From NCBI GenBank assembly GCA_950097015.1, contig CATNEN010000001.1, positions 10,664,001 through 10,728,000 of the forward strand: a DNA stretch of 64,000 nucleotides, given 5' to 3'. Positions within the stretch are counted from its first letter, which is position 1. Each line of letters begins with the position of its first letter. The notes under the pieces are model-generated. The model was not told the origin of the DNA and ran no database searches. It saw only the letters and a list, made by a program, of their open reading frames with translations. Both the position numbers and the translations under genes were made by a program. Positions 36,401 to 46,914 of the stretch are shown here, one piece after another. Origin of the DNA: Macrostomum hystrix (taxonomy: Eukaryota; Animalia; Platyhelminthes).

Positions 36401-38327
36401 CATTGTCATCTGAATCAGCAAACACATTCCAGGCATAACGCAACTCTGGCCAATGAATGTCTGCAGCTGATAATGTCACAAAAAAGTGCGGCAACCCCAG
36501 CGTCTGAATCATTGCTTCCAACTGGCGCCGTCTAGTCTGCCAATAGCTTGCTGTACCGCGAAGATCGGCTGCTCGTGCAGACACACTCGCCATCACCACG
36601 GGATCCTTCAGCTTCTCCAGCATCTCTTTTGCATCTAGTCCGGCCAAATTTTTGTCGTGCACAAATACACGTCCCATTTCAAGCGCTCTCCAACGCATCA
36701 CCATGTTCTCTAAATAAAACCGAAAACGCGGATCTCGACGAAATCTCGGACAATGGAACTGCATCAAATGCTTTGCATAATCTCCAAGGCTCATTGAATG
36801 AACTCGTCCCGGTGACTTGTAATCCCCTCTTCCATCTGGAAACAAATGCGGATATGCCAGACTGAACAATCCGTCCTGCTCAAACTCATTCACCGGTTCG
36901 CAACCAAGTGTTGGCCATTGCAACTTTTCTTTCAGCAGTCGATCTCGAACCTTTACTTCCAACTCACGTAATGGACTATCTAGCAAACTGCTCATCAGCC
37001 CGTCGCTAGCCTCTGCTTCTGCAGCATCCAAGTCAACTCCATCAGACGTTGCTTCTGCCGCTACCATAGACTCTACATCATTTAAATGACCATCATTCGG
37101 CAATCTATTCAATGCTTCGTCATCAATTCTGACACCGCCCTGTTGAAAGTACACATTGTTCTTAGTCAGATACCTGATGGCATTCAAAACTTTATCGCGA
37201 CGCACTCGAAGATTATTCATTCTTCCGCTTCTCGTTCTGCCAGACTCGTCATCGCTTTTTCCATCATACATTAAAACCACTGGCAAAGTTCGTCTTGGCA
37301 GTTCACGAACAACACTAGCTTGATCTTGAGGAAACATTATTCCATGTCCTCTACTTGCGTGCTGGCCTTGTGGAAACAATCGAAACACAACAATCACCGA
37401 CAGTACAGGCGAGATCAGCATCTGCTCGGCGACCGTCAAATCACGCAATTCTTCAGGCTGCTCAGACATTGGGTTCGCATCATTTTCATCGCTAAACAGA
37501 TTCGGTACATGCTTATCATTTCTGCACCGGTGGCACATTGTACGCGAATCAATTGAAAAATAGACACCGGGAAACTGTTCCTTACACATATCGCATCTTC
37601 TCAAATCCGTTATCTTTGTCTTGACATTATTGAAAAAATCACTGCGCATCTGCTTATACCGGTCACTGAATGGCGCACGAAGACATGCTGGCAGGCTTAG
37701 ATCACCAACTTCGTTAACTTCTTGCTGAACATCTTCCACTCCGCTGGATTCAACGTTATTAACAACTTCAACTTCAATTGGTTGCTCTGGTCCAAATGAT
37801 TGCCGCTTTCTAGGGGAAGCACGATTTGGCTCATCAGATGTCTCGTTTGTAGCACGAGCACGCTTTCGAGGCGACGACAACGGTGTGTTAGCATGCGATG
37901 ATTCCACGTGGCATTCTGCTTCTGATCGTTCTTCTCTAACTGCCCCGTCTGGCTGCTGCTGTTGTTCTATGTTTCTCGGCTGCTTTCTTGGCGATACTCG
38001 CACTTCAAATTCCTCCTGCTGCTGCTGCTGCTTTCTGCTGGTGCGTCTTTGCCTTTTCTGAATGTCTCCTCGCTTATCTGTCTGATGCTCACTCGCTTTA
38101 TCAGTAAGCTCATGTTGACTTTTAGTACATGGTTTATTTCTTTGTGAACGGCGTGCGCCACGGCTTTTACAAACCGGACCGGACCTATCGACACGGAATC
38201 AGCCATGTTTTGAAGGTTTCTAGGAGAAGCTAGAATAGACACACTACCATCACTGCTTGTGTGTTCGCTTAGTCGGCTGCTTCGACTATTAGAACAGCTG
38301 TGCAAATCACTCTGCCGACTCTTGGAT

Positions 38328-39406
38328 CTAGAGATCCTTGAAGATACATTTGACGCAGAATCGCAACCGACACACGATCGACATGAAGTTGACGTTCGAA
38401 TGCGGGTACTACGTCTGGTTGAGCTCAGGCTGGAAACATTTGACACAAGATCGGACACTTCTGATTGACACTCACTGTTTGTTGCATTGTACAGGCAACT
38501 ACTTGGACGCCTCGAAGCGTTTGACACGTCACTATCTTTCCGACGAATTCTCCGAGAAACTGTAGAAGAAATTTCAGAAGTGCACTCACTACTGGCCGCC
38601 CTGTCGCTTAATCTGCTGCTTCTACGTGTAGCAACGCTTGGCACAATCTCACTCTTCTTCCGTCGACTTCTTCGAGAGATATTCGATGCCACATCTGAAA
38701 CGCAATAGCCGATCACTGACTCGCTCTGCTCAGAAGAATCGGCACTCATCGGTTCAGCATCCAAATCAACATTTTGCAGAACACTAAACCGATTCCCTAC
38801 AGGAAACTGGCTATCCAAAGCAGCATTCATATCCTGCTTGACGCTTTTCATTGACGGCATATGACTAGAGATCCTTGAAGATACATTTGACGCAGAATCG
38901 CAACCGACACACGATCGACATGAAGTTGACGTTCGAATGCGGGTACTACGTCTGGTTGAGCTCAGGCTGGAAACATTTGACACAAGATCGGACACTTCTG
39001 ATTGACACTCACTGTTTGTTGCATTGTACAGGCAACTACTTGGACGCCTCGAAGCGTTTGACACGTCACTATCTTTTCGACGAATTCTCCGAGAAACTGT
39101 AGAAGAAATTTCAGAAGTGCACTCACTACTGGCCGCCCTGTCGCTTAATCTGCTGCTTCTACGTGTAGCAACGCTTGGCACAATCTCACTCTTCTTCCGT
39201 CGACTTCTTCGAGAGATATTCGATGCCACATCTGAAACGCAATAGCCGATCACTGACTCGCTCTGCTCAGAAGAATCGGCACTCATCGGTTCAGCATCCA
39301 AATCAACATTGCATGTTGCAGAACACTAAACCGATTCCCTACAGGAAACTGGCTATCCAAAGCAGCATTCATATCCTGCTTGACGCTTTTCATTGAAGGC
39401 ATATGA
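38328..39406. repeat. 537-bp tandem duplication inside the Helitron gene
   Basis: Copies start at 38328 and 38865 and are nearly identical; CTAG at all three boundaries; the second copy has 5 extra nt near 39311. Confidence 0.97.
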
Positions 39407-40036
39407 CTAGTTTTCAATTCTCTCCATGGCTTCTCATGCTCGATTGGTGGCGGAGGCATTAGCTCAGCGGAGCTTGGAATCAACCGAACTGAATCATAGT
39501 GCTGACCACGACGATTAAAGAACAGGCGAACAGTGGCACGCGGTGCACCTCGAGCCGGCAAAATGTGCACGCCTGGTACATCTCTGCCAATCATGTCGGA
39601 CTGATAGATGTACAGCTCGATTTGCAGTAAATCCGGAGTCAAATTCGCCACTTCATCAGGCACATACTCGTAATTTGTGGCACTTTTCCAAAGAATATCT
39701 CGCCAATGATAATAATCAAACACGTCGGATTCGCGGTGCGATTCAATCCAGTTTTCAAGTTCCAAAGTCTGCAGTTCGCAAACTATCTGCATCCATGCTC
39801 AAATCTGTTCCTTCCAATTGGTCCGAAATGGCACTGAAGAAGCAGTTACCGTCGCCTCTTATTTTCACAATGGCGCACGAATCGAGCGGAACCCATACAG
39901 CTGTGCGGGGATGCGGCAGCGCTACAGTCCCATTAAAACTCGTATTGGTCCCGTCTGCTTGTACACCTAAATGAAAAATGGCTAACAAAGCTGAAAAGCT
40001 TGCTTAGTTTTCCCTTTTAAAACAATTTAATGATAT

Positions 40037-40521
40037 TGTTGTAACCACGGTCTGGGTGAGGCAGTACGGGGAAATTTTCCAATTTCTCGATGCTTCCCAC
40101 TCGGACTGGGCCGCTGCAGTGAGGGAGGTCCTCATCAGAATGGGGCCTCTATCTATACGGTTTCTCCTGTGGCATGCACCCACCCCTTCTAAGTCAGCTG
40201 CTCCCCCCAACCCATTTGCACTTTTCCCCTTCACCAGCCCCTCGCCTCATCTAAACCTGACCCGGTGGGCCGCTGAGGAGCGCTCCTTTGTCCCATTTGC
40301 CCCTAATTACAGCATCTCGTTCCCTGCACTGCCCCTATTAGTAATAGAGGATGTTTCGTGTACAACAGCTCAGCTCAGAAAAGTACATCTAGGGCGGGTC
40401 TTTCCGGAACTGAGGGCCTGTGTGGCGCGCACCATCAATCCGCGGCCCACAGCTAGTGTATATTAATCTCCCCGACTGCTGAATATCCCGAAGTTCGTGG
40501 GTGACAAAGGCGGTTACACCA
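40037..40521. mobile_element. Solo LTR (485 bp) in a Helitron intron
   Basis: Termini TGTTGTAACC...GGTTACACCA, flanked by 4-bp TSD ATAT (40033-40036, 40522-40525); GC-rich relative to the intron. Confidence 0.85.
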
Positions 40522-41563
40522 ATATGTTATTGAACAAAATGGCACAAATTATTGGAATATATGATTCTGATTAATAAATGAAACACAGGAAAAATTGAAT
40601 TTTTCGAAACTAAATAACGTAAATACTCTTCGTTTAAATAAGTCAATTAAGTGCGTTAAATAGTTTATAAAAATACATTCACTTCTAATTTGCGCTAAGA
40701 AAACAGAGTGAAACTCACTTTCTTCCACTTGACGGCATAGGCCATCTTCAACCAGCTTAGCAGCCGCCTCATCCAACTCATCTGCAATAGTAGCAGCAGC
40801 AGCAGCAGCAGAAGCAACAGCAGCATCAAAACTGGTGGCCGTCTTCTTAGCTCGGTTCCAACGTTTTTTGGTGGGCCGACCAGCTGCCTTTTTCAATTTC
40901 GTAGAGTCCGAAGCAACCGCTGCTGGACTCGAAGGAGCAGCTAGATTACAACGTGCAGCTTCAGCTTCGCCTGTGCAATGAAAATAGAGTGCAAATTACG
41001 AGAACATCAACACTTTTAACATTTAATCAACATCGAGTTAAACTGCCAATTTGCATTAGCCATCATTATTCTATAGAAATAAGACAATTTTTGGCTCACC
41101 ATTACAAGTCTCATTCAAAAGCATTTCTTCCGTCATGGTCAGTCAGTTCAGTAGATATGCTCGAACCTAGACAAATGATTATTTAAGTAGAGATCAAAAT
41201 ATCAATAGTTTTTGTCTCAATTTAAAACCAAGTCTACCATAGTGCATTTGGCAATTTAAAATTGTATAACACTAGAAATCATTTGAAACTCTTATTTAAA
41301 AGTTGTGCAGAAATCAGAAATTGCCCAAACAACTAATGCCATCTAAAAATTATACATATTTAAAACAGCAGTTGATTGCCTTTTAAATTATATACTTATA
41401 CTTGTGGCTTATAGCATCTTTTAGCAAAGGCAAAACATATGAAAGTTGAATAGTAAGCTAGCTTTTCTAACTTTAATCTTATAAAATAGCTACATAATTC
41501 AATATTTATTAAGGGCAATTCTGCAACTCAACAGCTTAAAATAGTGCTCCACCATAAGTTTTA

Positions 41564-41693
41564 GGAAGTGCTTATCCACACGGATATGTGCCAATAATTT
41601 CCCGCTTATTGGCACAGCATATAGAATTTAATAGAGGTGCCATGCCGATAATTTCAATTTTATTCACACGGTTCCATGTGGATAAGCACTTCC
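41564..41693. mobile_element. Small MITE (130 bp) with TA flanks
   Basis: TIRs GGAAGTGCTTATCCACACGGA / TCCATGTGGATAAGCACTTCC (one mismatch), TA on both sides. Confidence 0.75.
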
Positions 41694-43209
41694 TAATTTT
41701 TAATACAGTTATAAGAAACTAAGGGGTAGAAAAAACACTGCCATATTTTGGCTATGGATTATGGCCCGTTATTTTCTGTATATGATAGTGGCTGCTTAAT
41801 TGGCATTCTGTGGTTAGAAAGTCTGAGGCTGGCTTTAATGGTCCAAGGCGAACGAAGCGAGTATTGAGACTATTGGCGTGGCCGAGGACTTTTTACCATA
41901 GACTGCAAATTGAGCAGCCACTATTTTATATGAAATTTGATTTGGTTTGGCGCCCCTTTATATGGTTTAATGGGCCCCGTTTTCGGGACCATTATATGGC
42001 ACACTGGCTTAAGACTTCAATTTTCTATAGACGATAGATTCGTGGCTCAGAATGCGCCCATTAAACGTCCATTAACGACGAAATCGGATTTTATATGTCA
42101 GTTAATGTCCACCGAAGTCAGATGAAAAATCCAGATGATTTCAAAGGAACAAATTATTACATTAACTTATCTTAAATAGGAGTGTCTCACTTTCTATTTA
42201 CTTATTGTCTATCTATATAAAAAATTAAACTTAGCAAAAAAGTAATCACTTATTTTTTATTTGCTAGATTTATTTTGAATATTAAATACAAGTTGCTAAC
42301 AGTTTTAGTAACTTGACTAATAAATGCTATGCTTTATAATATTTTTACTTTAATTTTTCATTATATTTTTCCCTAAAATATTCACTTTTTATATATATTA
42401 TCTTGTGTACCCTTTAGATATGCAGAACACTTTTAGACTGGATATTTTGTCAGATCTGGGGTACCAAATTGAATGTCAGAGTGCCATTGGCACCCATGAA
42501 AATTGGAATATTTTGCTTATTGCTTATCAACTCCTAATTTATATTTGTATTCGTCCTTCATCTTTACAAATTACAACCTTACCCCTTTCAGATCAGTCTA
42601 ATCATTCTAGCACTAGCATTTTCCAGTATAAATTAAAGTCTTAACTATGAGGCGTAGGCATGAGCTATAAGTCTATAACTATAACTCTATAAATAAAAAG
42701 GTCTATAAGTTTAACTGCGCCCGTATACAAGCCTAAAACCCATAAACTTGATCATTAAGAATGAGTATCAACTACCAGTCTTGAGCAAGTTGAGTCTATC
42801 AAATCAGTGTATAGTATTATACATGTATATGTATCTAATGATTCCAATTTCTATTGTATTGTCTAGTTTCTAGTATTTTATATACCAATTCAAATTTCAA
42901 ATACCATGCCATTATTAGATCTTTTAAGTTTTAGGCTTTTTAGTTTCAAGTTTAAATAAAAGGCTTGAATTGAACCAAGTTTATGAATCATGATGTGTTC
43001 TCAGTCATTGAAAATAAAATAGAAAACCAATAATTTCGATTTTGAAATTGTGATCCATTATTGTATTTATCACTATTTTTGTGATTGATAGAATTTATCA
43101 CTATTTTTGTGATTGTGACATGATGTGCCTTAATCAAAAATGCATTGGAACTAGCCTTAAGAAAGCAGGGTACGAAATTGGCACCTTGGGTCCAATCCTA
43201 AGGTGTCAA

Positions 43210-45575
43210 TGATGTGGAGTGTACTTCGGAATCGAGTGGGGTTGTGAGCCAGCCTAATTTTTCCAATTTTTAGCAAGTCAATAATCGCGACCCACATAGC
43301 AGCTGGCCGCAGAACACCATCATTAATCTTAGGGCCAGACATTGGGCGGAGGTGAATTAAGTAGCCGCCGATTCCCTTTGTCTCGGATCTGTCTAGTCCC
43401 CTGTAGGAGTGACTGATCGCGGAAATAGCAATACTGTATGGACTAGTTTAGGTCATAATTCCCCTCCAAGCCGCGATCAGATTGTCGGGATCACTCATGC
43501 GTTTAGAGTGAGCTTTAATTCTTCATGTCCCTCTTCTTTACTGTAACCCGAGCCGGGGCTCGATTATGACCTTTCCCCCTTTAGATACATGTAACGACAC
43601 TATAGGCAGGTCGGCGCCTGCGCTTCCCATATCCCGGCGGGATCACAATCATTGGCCGACTGCCGGCAGACGCTCCTAGTGGGGCATCTGGCGATTCTCG
43701 CCGCCGCTTCAGTGGGCAATTGGGGTGGCATAATGCCGACCCGATTCCTCGCTGACAGGCTGGCGAGCATGTGGGTTATTTTGATGAATGCGAGGTTGGC
43801 GGAGCTGCAGGACTATTTAAGAAAGCGCGCTGCGCTGCCCCTAGGACAACCTTTTTCCTTTTTCCGGGAGCCTTTCCCGGCGACCTACCTTTAACCTACC
43901 GAACTTCCCTTCTCACCTTTTTCCCTACCTGTCTGGTCCCGGAACACGGTCCGCGGACTCTCCCCCTGAAAAGCTAGAACTTAGCCCCTGAGCCTAAGGC
44001 TCCTGAGAATAGCCACAGGTAAATTACCTGCATAGCCCCTGAGCAGTTAAGCCACCTCTTTGGGTGAGCTCCAATTGAGCCGTGTGCTCCTGCGATTTGG
44101 TCCCTTGCCAATCGCACTAGGCACCCCCGTCCCTACTTCCTCTTTCAATTGCCTTTCCCAGCGAGACCAACGGCCTGCAGTCTGTCAACCAGCATCGCAG
44201 ATAAGTAACCCGCGTAGCGGACTTTTATTGCTATCCCTAAGGGATTTATTATCTAGCTAGTGGGCAATTGGGGCAAGGGCAGGGTTTTGATTCTAGCCTA
44301 ATAAACTATTATTCATCTTAGTCGCCAATCATTTAACTATTAGGCAATTTAGTAACAATTTAAATCACTTTCTATCATGCTGTTATTTCCCCTTTATTTT
44401 CTCATTGGACAGCCCTCAATCATGAGTGGCTAATTCACTAGGGGAATGGGCTCTGGCGAGGCCGAGCTGAAAGCTGCGGCAAGAAGGCTACTGTGAGCGC
44501 GCATGAGAGTAATATGGAGCTAGGGATTTGCGAGCTAAATGCGGGATGTAGCGTGTGCATTTCTGCCTACGAGGTGGGGGATTCCTTGGCCGGCTTTCCT
44601 CACTCTCTCGGCGGGTTCCAGTGTATGCGTCAAGTTCCTTTGCCAATTTGAATTCTCCCTCTTTTCCCCGCCTTTCGCAACCGCGGCCATGGGAGCGAGA
44701 GGCGTGATCTAATAATTTCCTGCTTGCATAATCACTCAGCCAGTGTTCAGCTTAATCTCTCCTGCCTCTGTTCTCCTCAACTCACACAGAATCGGCTTGC
44801 TAGTTATCTAATGAGTAGGCTGCAGTCTAATGTACGGAATGTGTCTAATGTCTCATGAGTAGGATTCTGGCTATGGATTTCTCATTCGGGTTCGGAGTAC
44901 CACCTTTCTAGACCACTGTAGCGCAGTTTCAGGAATCCCCTTGTGAGGCGTGACTCGATCCATTCTGGGGTTCTCACCCTAGTCTAAAACGGAAGTTACA
45001 GAATGCTCTATTTTTCGGCTTGTCTAAGATCTGTGTGACAAACTGGGAGCTGCGAGCTCCGGGGACCCAAGTTCCCAAATGTCTGCGGTGGCAACGTAGG
45101 CGCATTGGGTGGTGGCGCTACCTTCGATCATTATCCGCTTTGCCGATAGCCTTTCCGCATTTCTAAGACAAGAGTCTAGGCCGAGTCGACCACTGCTACC
45201 AAAGTTAGGAGTCAGTTACGAACATGCTACTGATGACAGTAGGCTATCTAGCCCTGTCCTATTCGCTTGCGGGTAGTCCGACATCTATTTAGACTTTTAG
45301 CCGGTTTCGAGCACTGCTTGGGGTGGGCACGGCAGTCATGCCTGTGGCCTATGGGTTGGGTGGGACTGGCCAGCCTGAGGCCAATAGGACCACTCACTTG
45401 CATCCTTTGTACCGCCTCATCTCTCCCTTCATCTCTCCCTTCATCCCTCCCTTCGTCATCCCTCTCTGCGACAACTCGCGGCAGCAGCGATCGACCTCCG
45501 ACTCTATCGTCGTTTTCCACACTCCTATCTTTCATGAGGGCGGTCATCGGCTAGCAAAAGACCCGCACTATTTCA
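43210..45575 (+). repeat. 5' LTR of element 2 (2366 bp)
   Basis: TGATGT...ATTTCA ends, PBS 1 nt downstream; TATA-like TATTTAAG 43814, AATAAA 44300. Confidence 0.95.
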
Positions 45576-45576
45576 A

Positions 45577-45594
45577 TGGTGGCAGCGGTGGGAT
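45577..45594 (+). promoter_or_regulatory. Primer binding site, tRNA-Leu
   Basis: TGGTGGCAGCGGTGGGAT is the reverse complement of ATCCCACCGCTGCCACCA, the 3' end of tRNA-Leu(AAG/TAG type) as recalled. Confidence 0.9.
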
Positions 45595-46914
45595 CTAGAA
45601 AGGGCGCGAAACGAACCTGAATTTTTCAATTGTTAGTTTAGCGCCGCAGATTTCTGTGGTAGTTAGCCGTAAGGGCTTCTTCTAGATTTCATCTTCCGTA
45701 CGCCTAAATCTTATCTCTAGAGACTGGACTTCAGTTCGAGTAACTGTCAATTAATTTTCTTTGAACAGTTTCAATTTGATTCGGACTTTAATGTAAGGAT
45801 TTTGTTAGGATTTCCAAAATTTCTGATTAGTGACTTTCTACTAAGAGTAGGCTGTGTGAGCGGACTTCATGCTAGAGTGTCTTCGGGTTATGTGGCTGCT
45901 GCAGGAGTCAGGGACTGTCTGTGGGGTTTCCCGCGTGACTGTTCTGGGAGGGGCCAATCTTAACGAAGGACCGGACCATGCCGGTCAGGCCTCCTAACCG
46001 AGCGAAGTGAGCCCCCGGCAATGCAGCCGGGAACCGATGACGAAGTCCGCGGACATCGCTGAGCACCGGGGGTTGGTTCTCTTGGGCAGCTTGCAGGCCT
46101 GCTTACGTGTACCTGATTCTGAAAGTGTCACATAGCTTTGATCAAGTCTGACTTTGGTGGGGAACAGTTAGGGAGGTGGGACCTTCTGGGAGGTCTAGCG
46201 ACACCCGTGCCCGCCTCTCGAAGCTGCCTACTTTAAGTATGGGCTAGAATTCGGTCGGCGCGTCTTTCTAAGAAACTCTCTGAGGGATGGTCTAAACGGA
46301 GAAACCGGGCTCTAAGCCACGGACCCCTAACCGAGCGAGGTCTCAGATGTATAATTCCTGGGATCCCCAGCCTCGTAAATCGCGGAGGCGAAGCCCCCGG
46401 CCATCCCAACCGGGAAGGGCCCTCTGAGCGAATCGGGGATTAGCCTTCTTTGAATGACTTTTTGAGTCGCGTACTTTCCAAGGTAGGGAGATAGGCTGCT
46501 GCAGGCGCAAGCTTGCAGTAGTACTGGCCCCGCCGTACCTATAGTGTAACAGTCCGCTATAGGGTTGCAGAACGAGTGCTAAGTTAAAACCTAGACTTCT
46601 ATGTCCCAAACTTAAGTGCGCGCAAACAGTTGACAGTAGCCAAGGCTGGAAGCAAAGCTAGCCAGGGCCCTGGGCCCTTTTTCTCTCTCACTGATCTCTG
46701 ATCATTTTTGCGGTAGGGTTGCTCTCTAGGAGTAGGGAATTCGCCGCATTATCAATTAGGGCTGGATTTGACAGCTCAGGCTCATTTTCTTTCCCCCCCG
46801 CACGATCTCCAGTCGTGATCTGTTTTTCCTTTTCCTCCCCTCCCCCATTGTTGCATTAGCGACAGACCCCCCTCTTTTTCATTCGCAAAACCCTCATTCC
46901 TCTTTTGGCCGAAA

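Larger units (their letters stand above)
33535..40970 (-). pseudogene. Decayed Helitron (Helentron/Helitron2-like) gene: AT-hook exon, OTU protease, Ser-rich linker, CxxC finger, HUH Rep, PIF1 helicase
   Basis: OTU GDGNCFF and HYDSV; Rep motifs FFVTLSAAD, VEYQSRGSPHVH, YLLKYASK; helicase GSAGTGKS, APTG, IIIDEFSMV, FGGLSIILVGDVFQLPPV, GARVMLTRNL. At least six frameshifts; final helicase motifs missing; exon 40970-40719 splices in frame to 39966. Element termini not identified. Confidence 0.93.

Noticed and set aside
40095-40140. Hammerhead-like CTGATGAG with GGAC/GTCC stem on the minus strand of the solo LTR
   Set aside because: The stem is followed by GAGT rather than GAAA, and no stems I/III could be formed.
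40056-40466. 136-aa plus-strand ORF
   Set aside because: GTG start, entirely inside the solo LTR, no motif.
43592-43606. GACACTATAG resembling SP6/T7 promoter (vector contamination)
   Set aside because: Only a short partial match, present in both LTRs as native sequence.
45225-45245. CTGATGA in the element 2 LTR
   Set aside because: Sits in a simple hairpin with no downstream GAAA core.
45588-45594. PBS segment GTGGGAT complementary to the satellite core ATCCCAC
   Set aside because: A 7-nt match fully explained by the tRNA-Leu sequence; likely coincidence.
45248-45598. Short ORFs on both strands near the element 2 LTR end
   Set aside because: Built around a 12-bp repeat, no recognisable domain, and no downstream exon found for the minus-strand donor near 45397.
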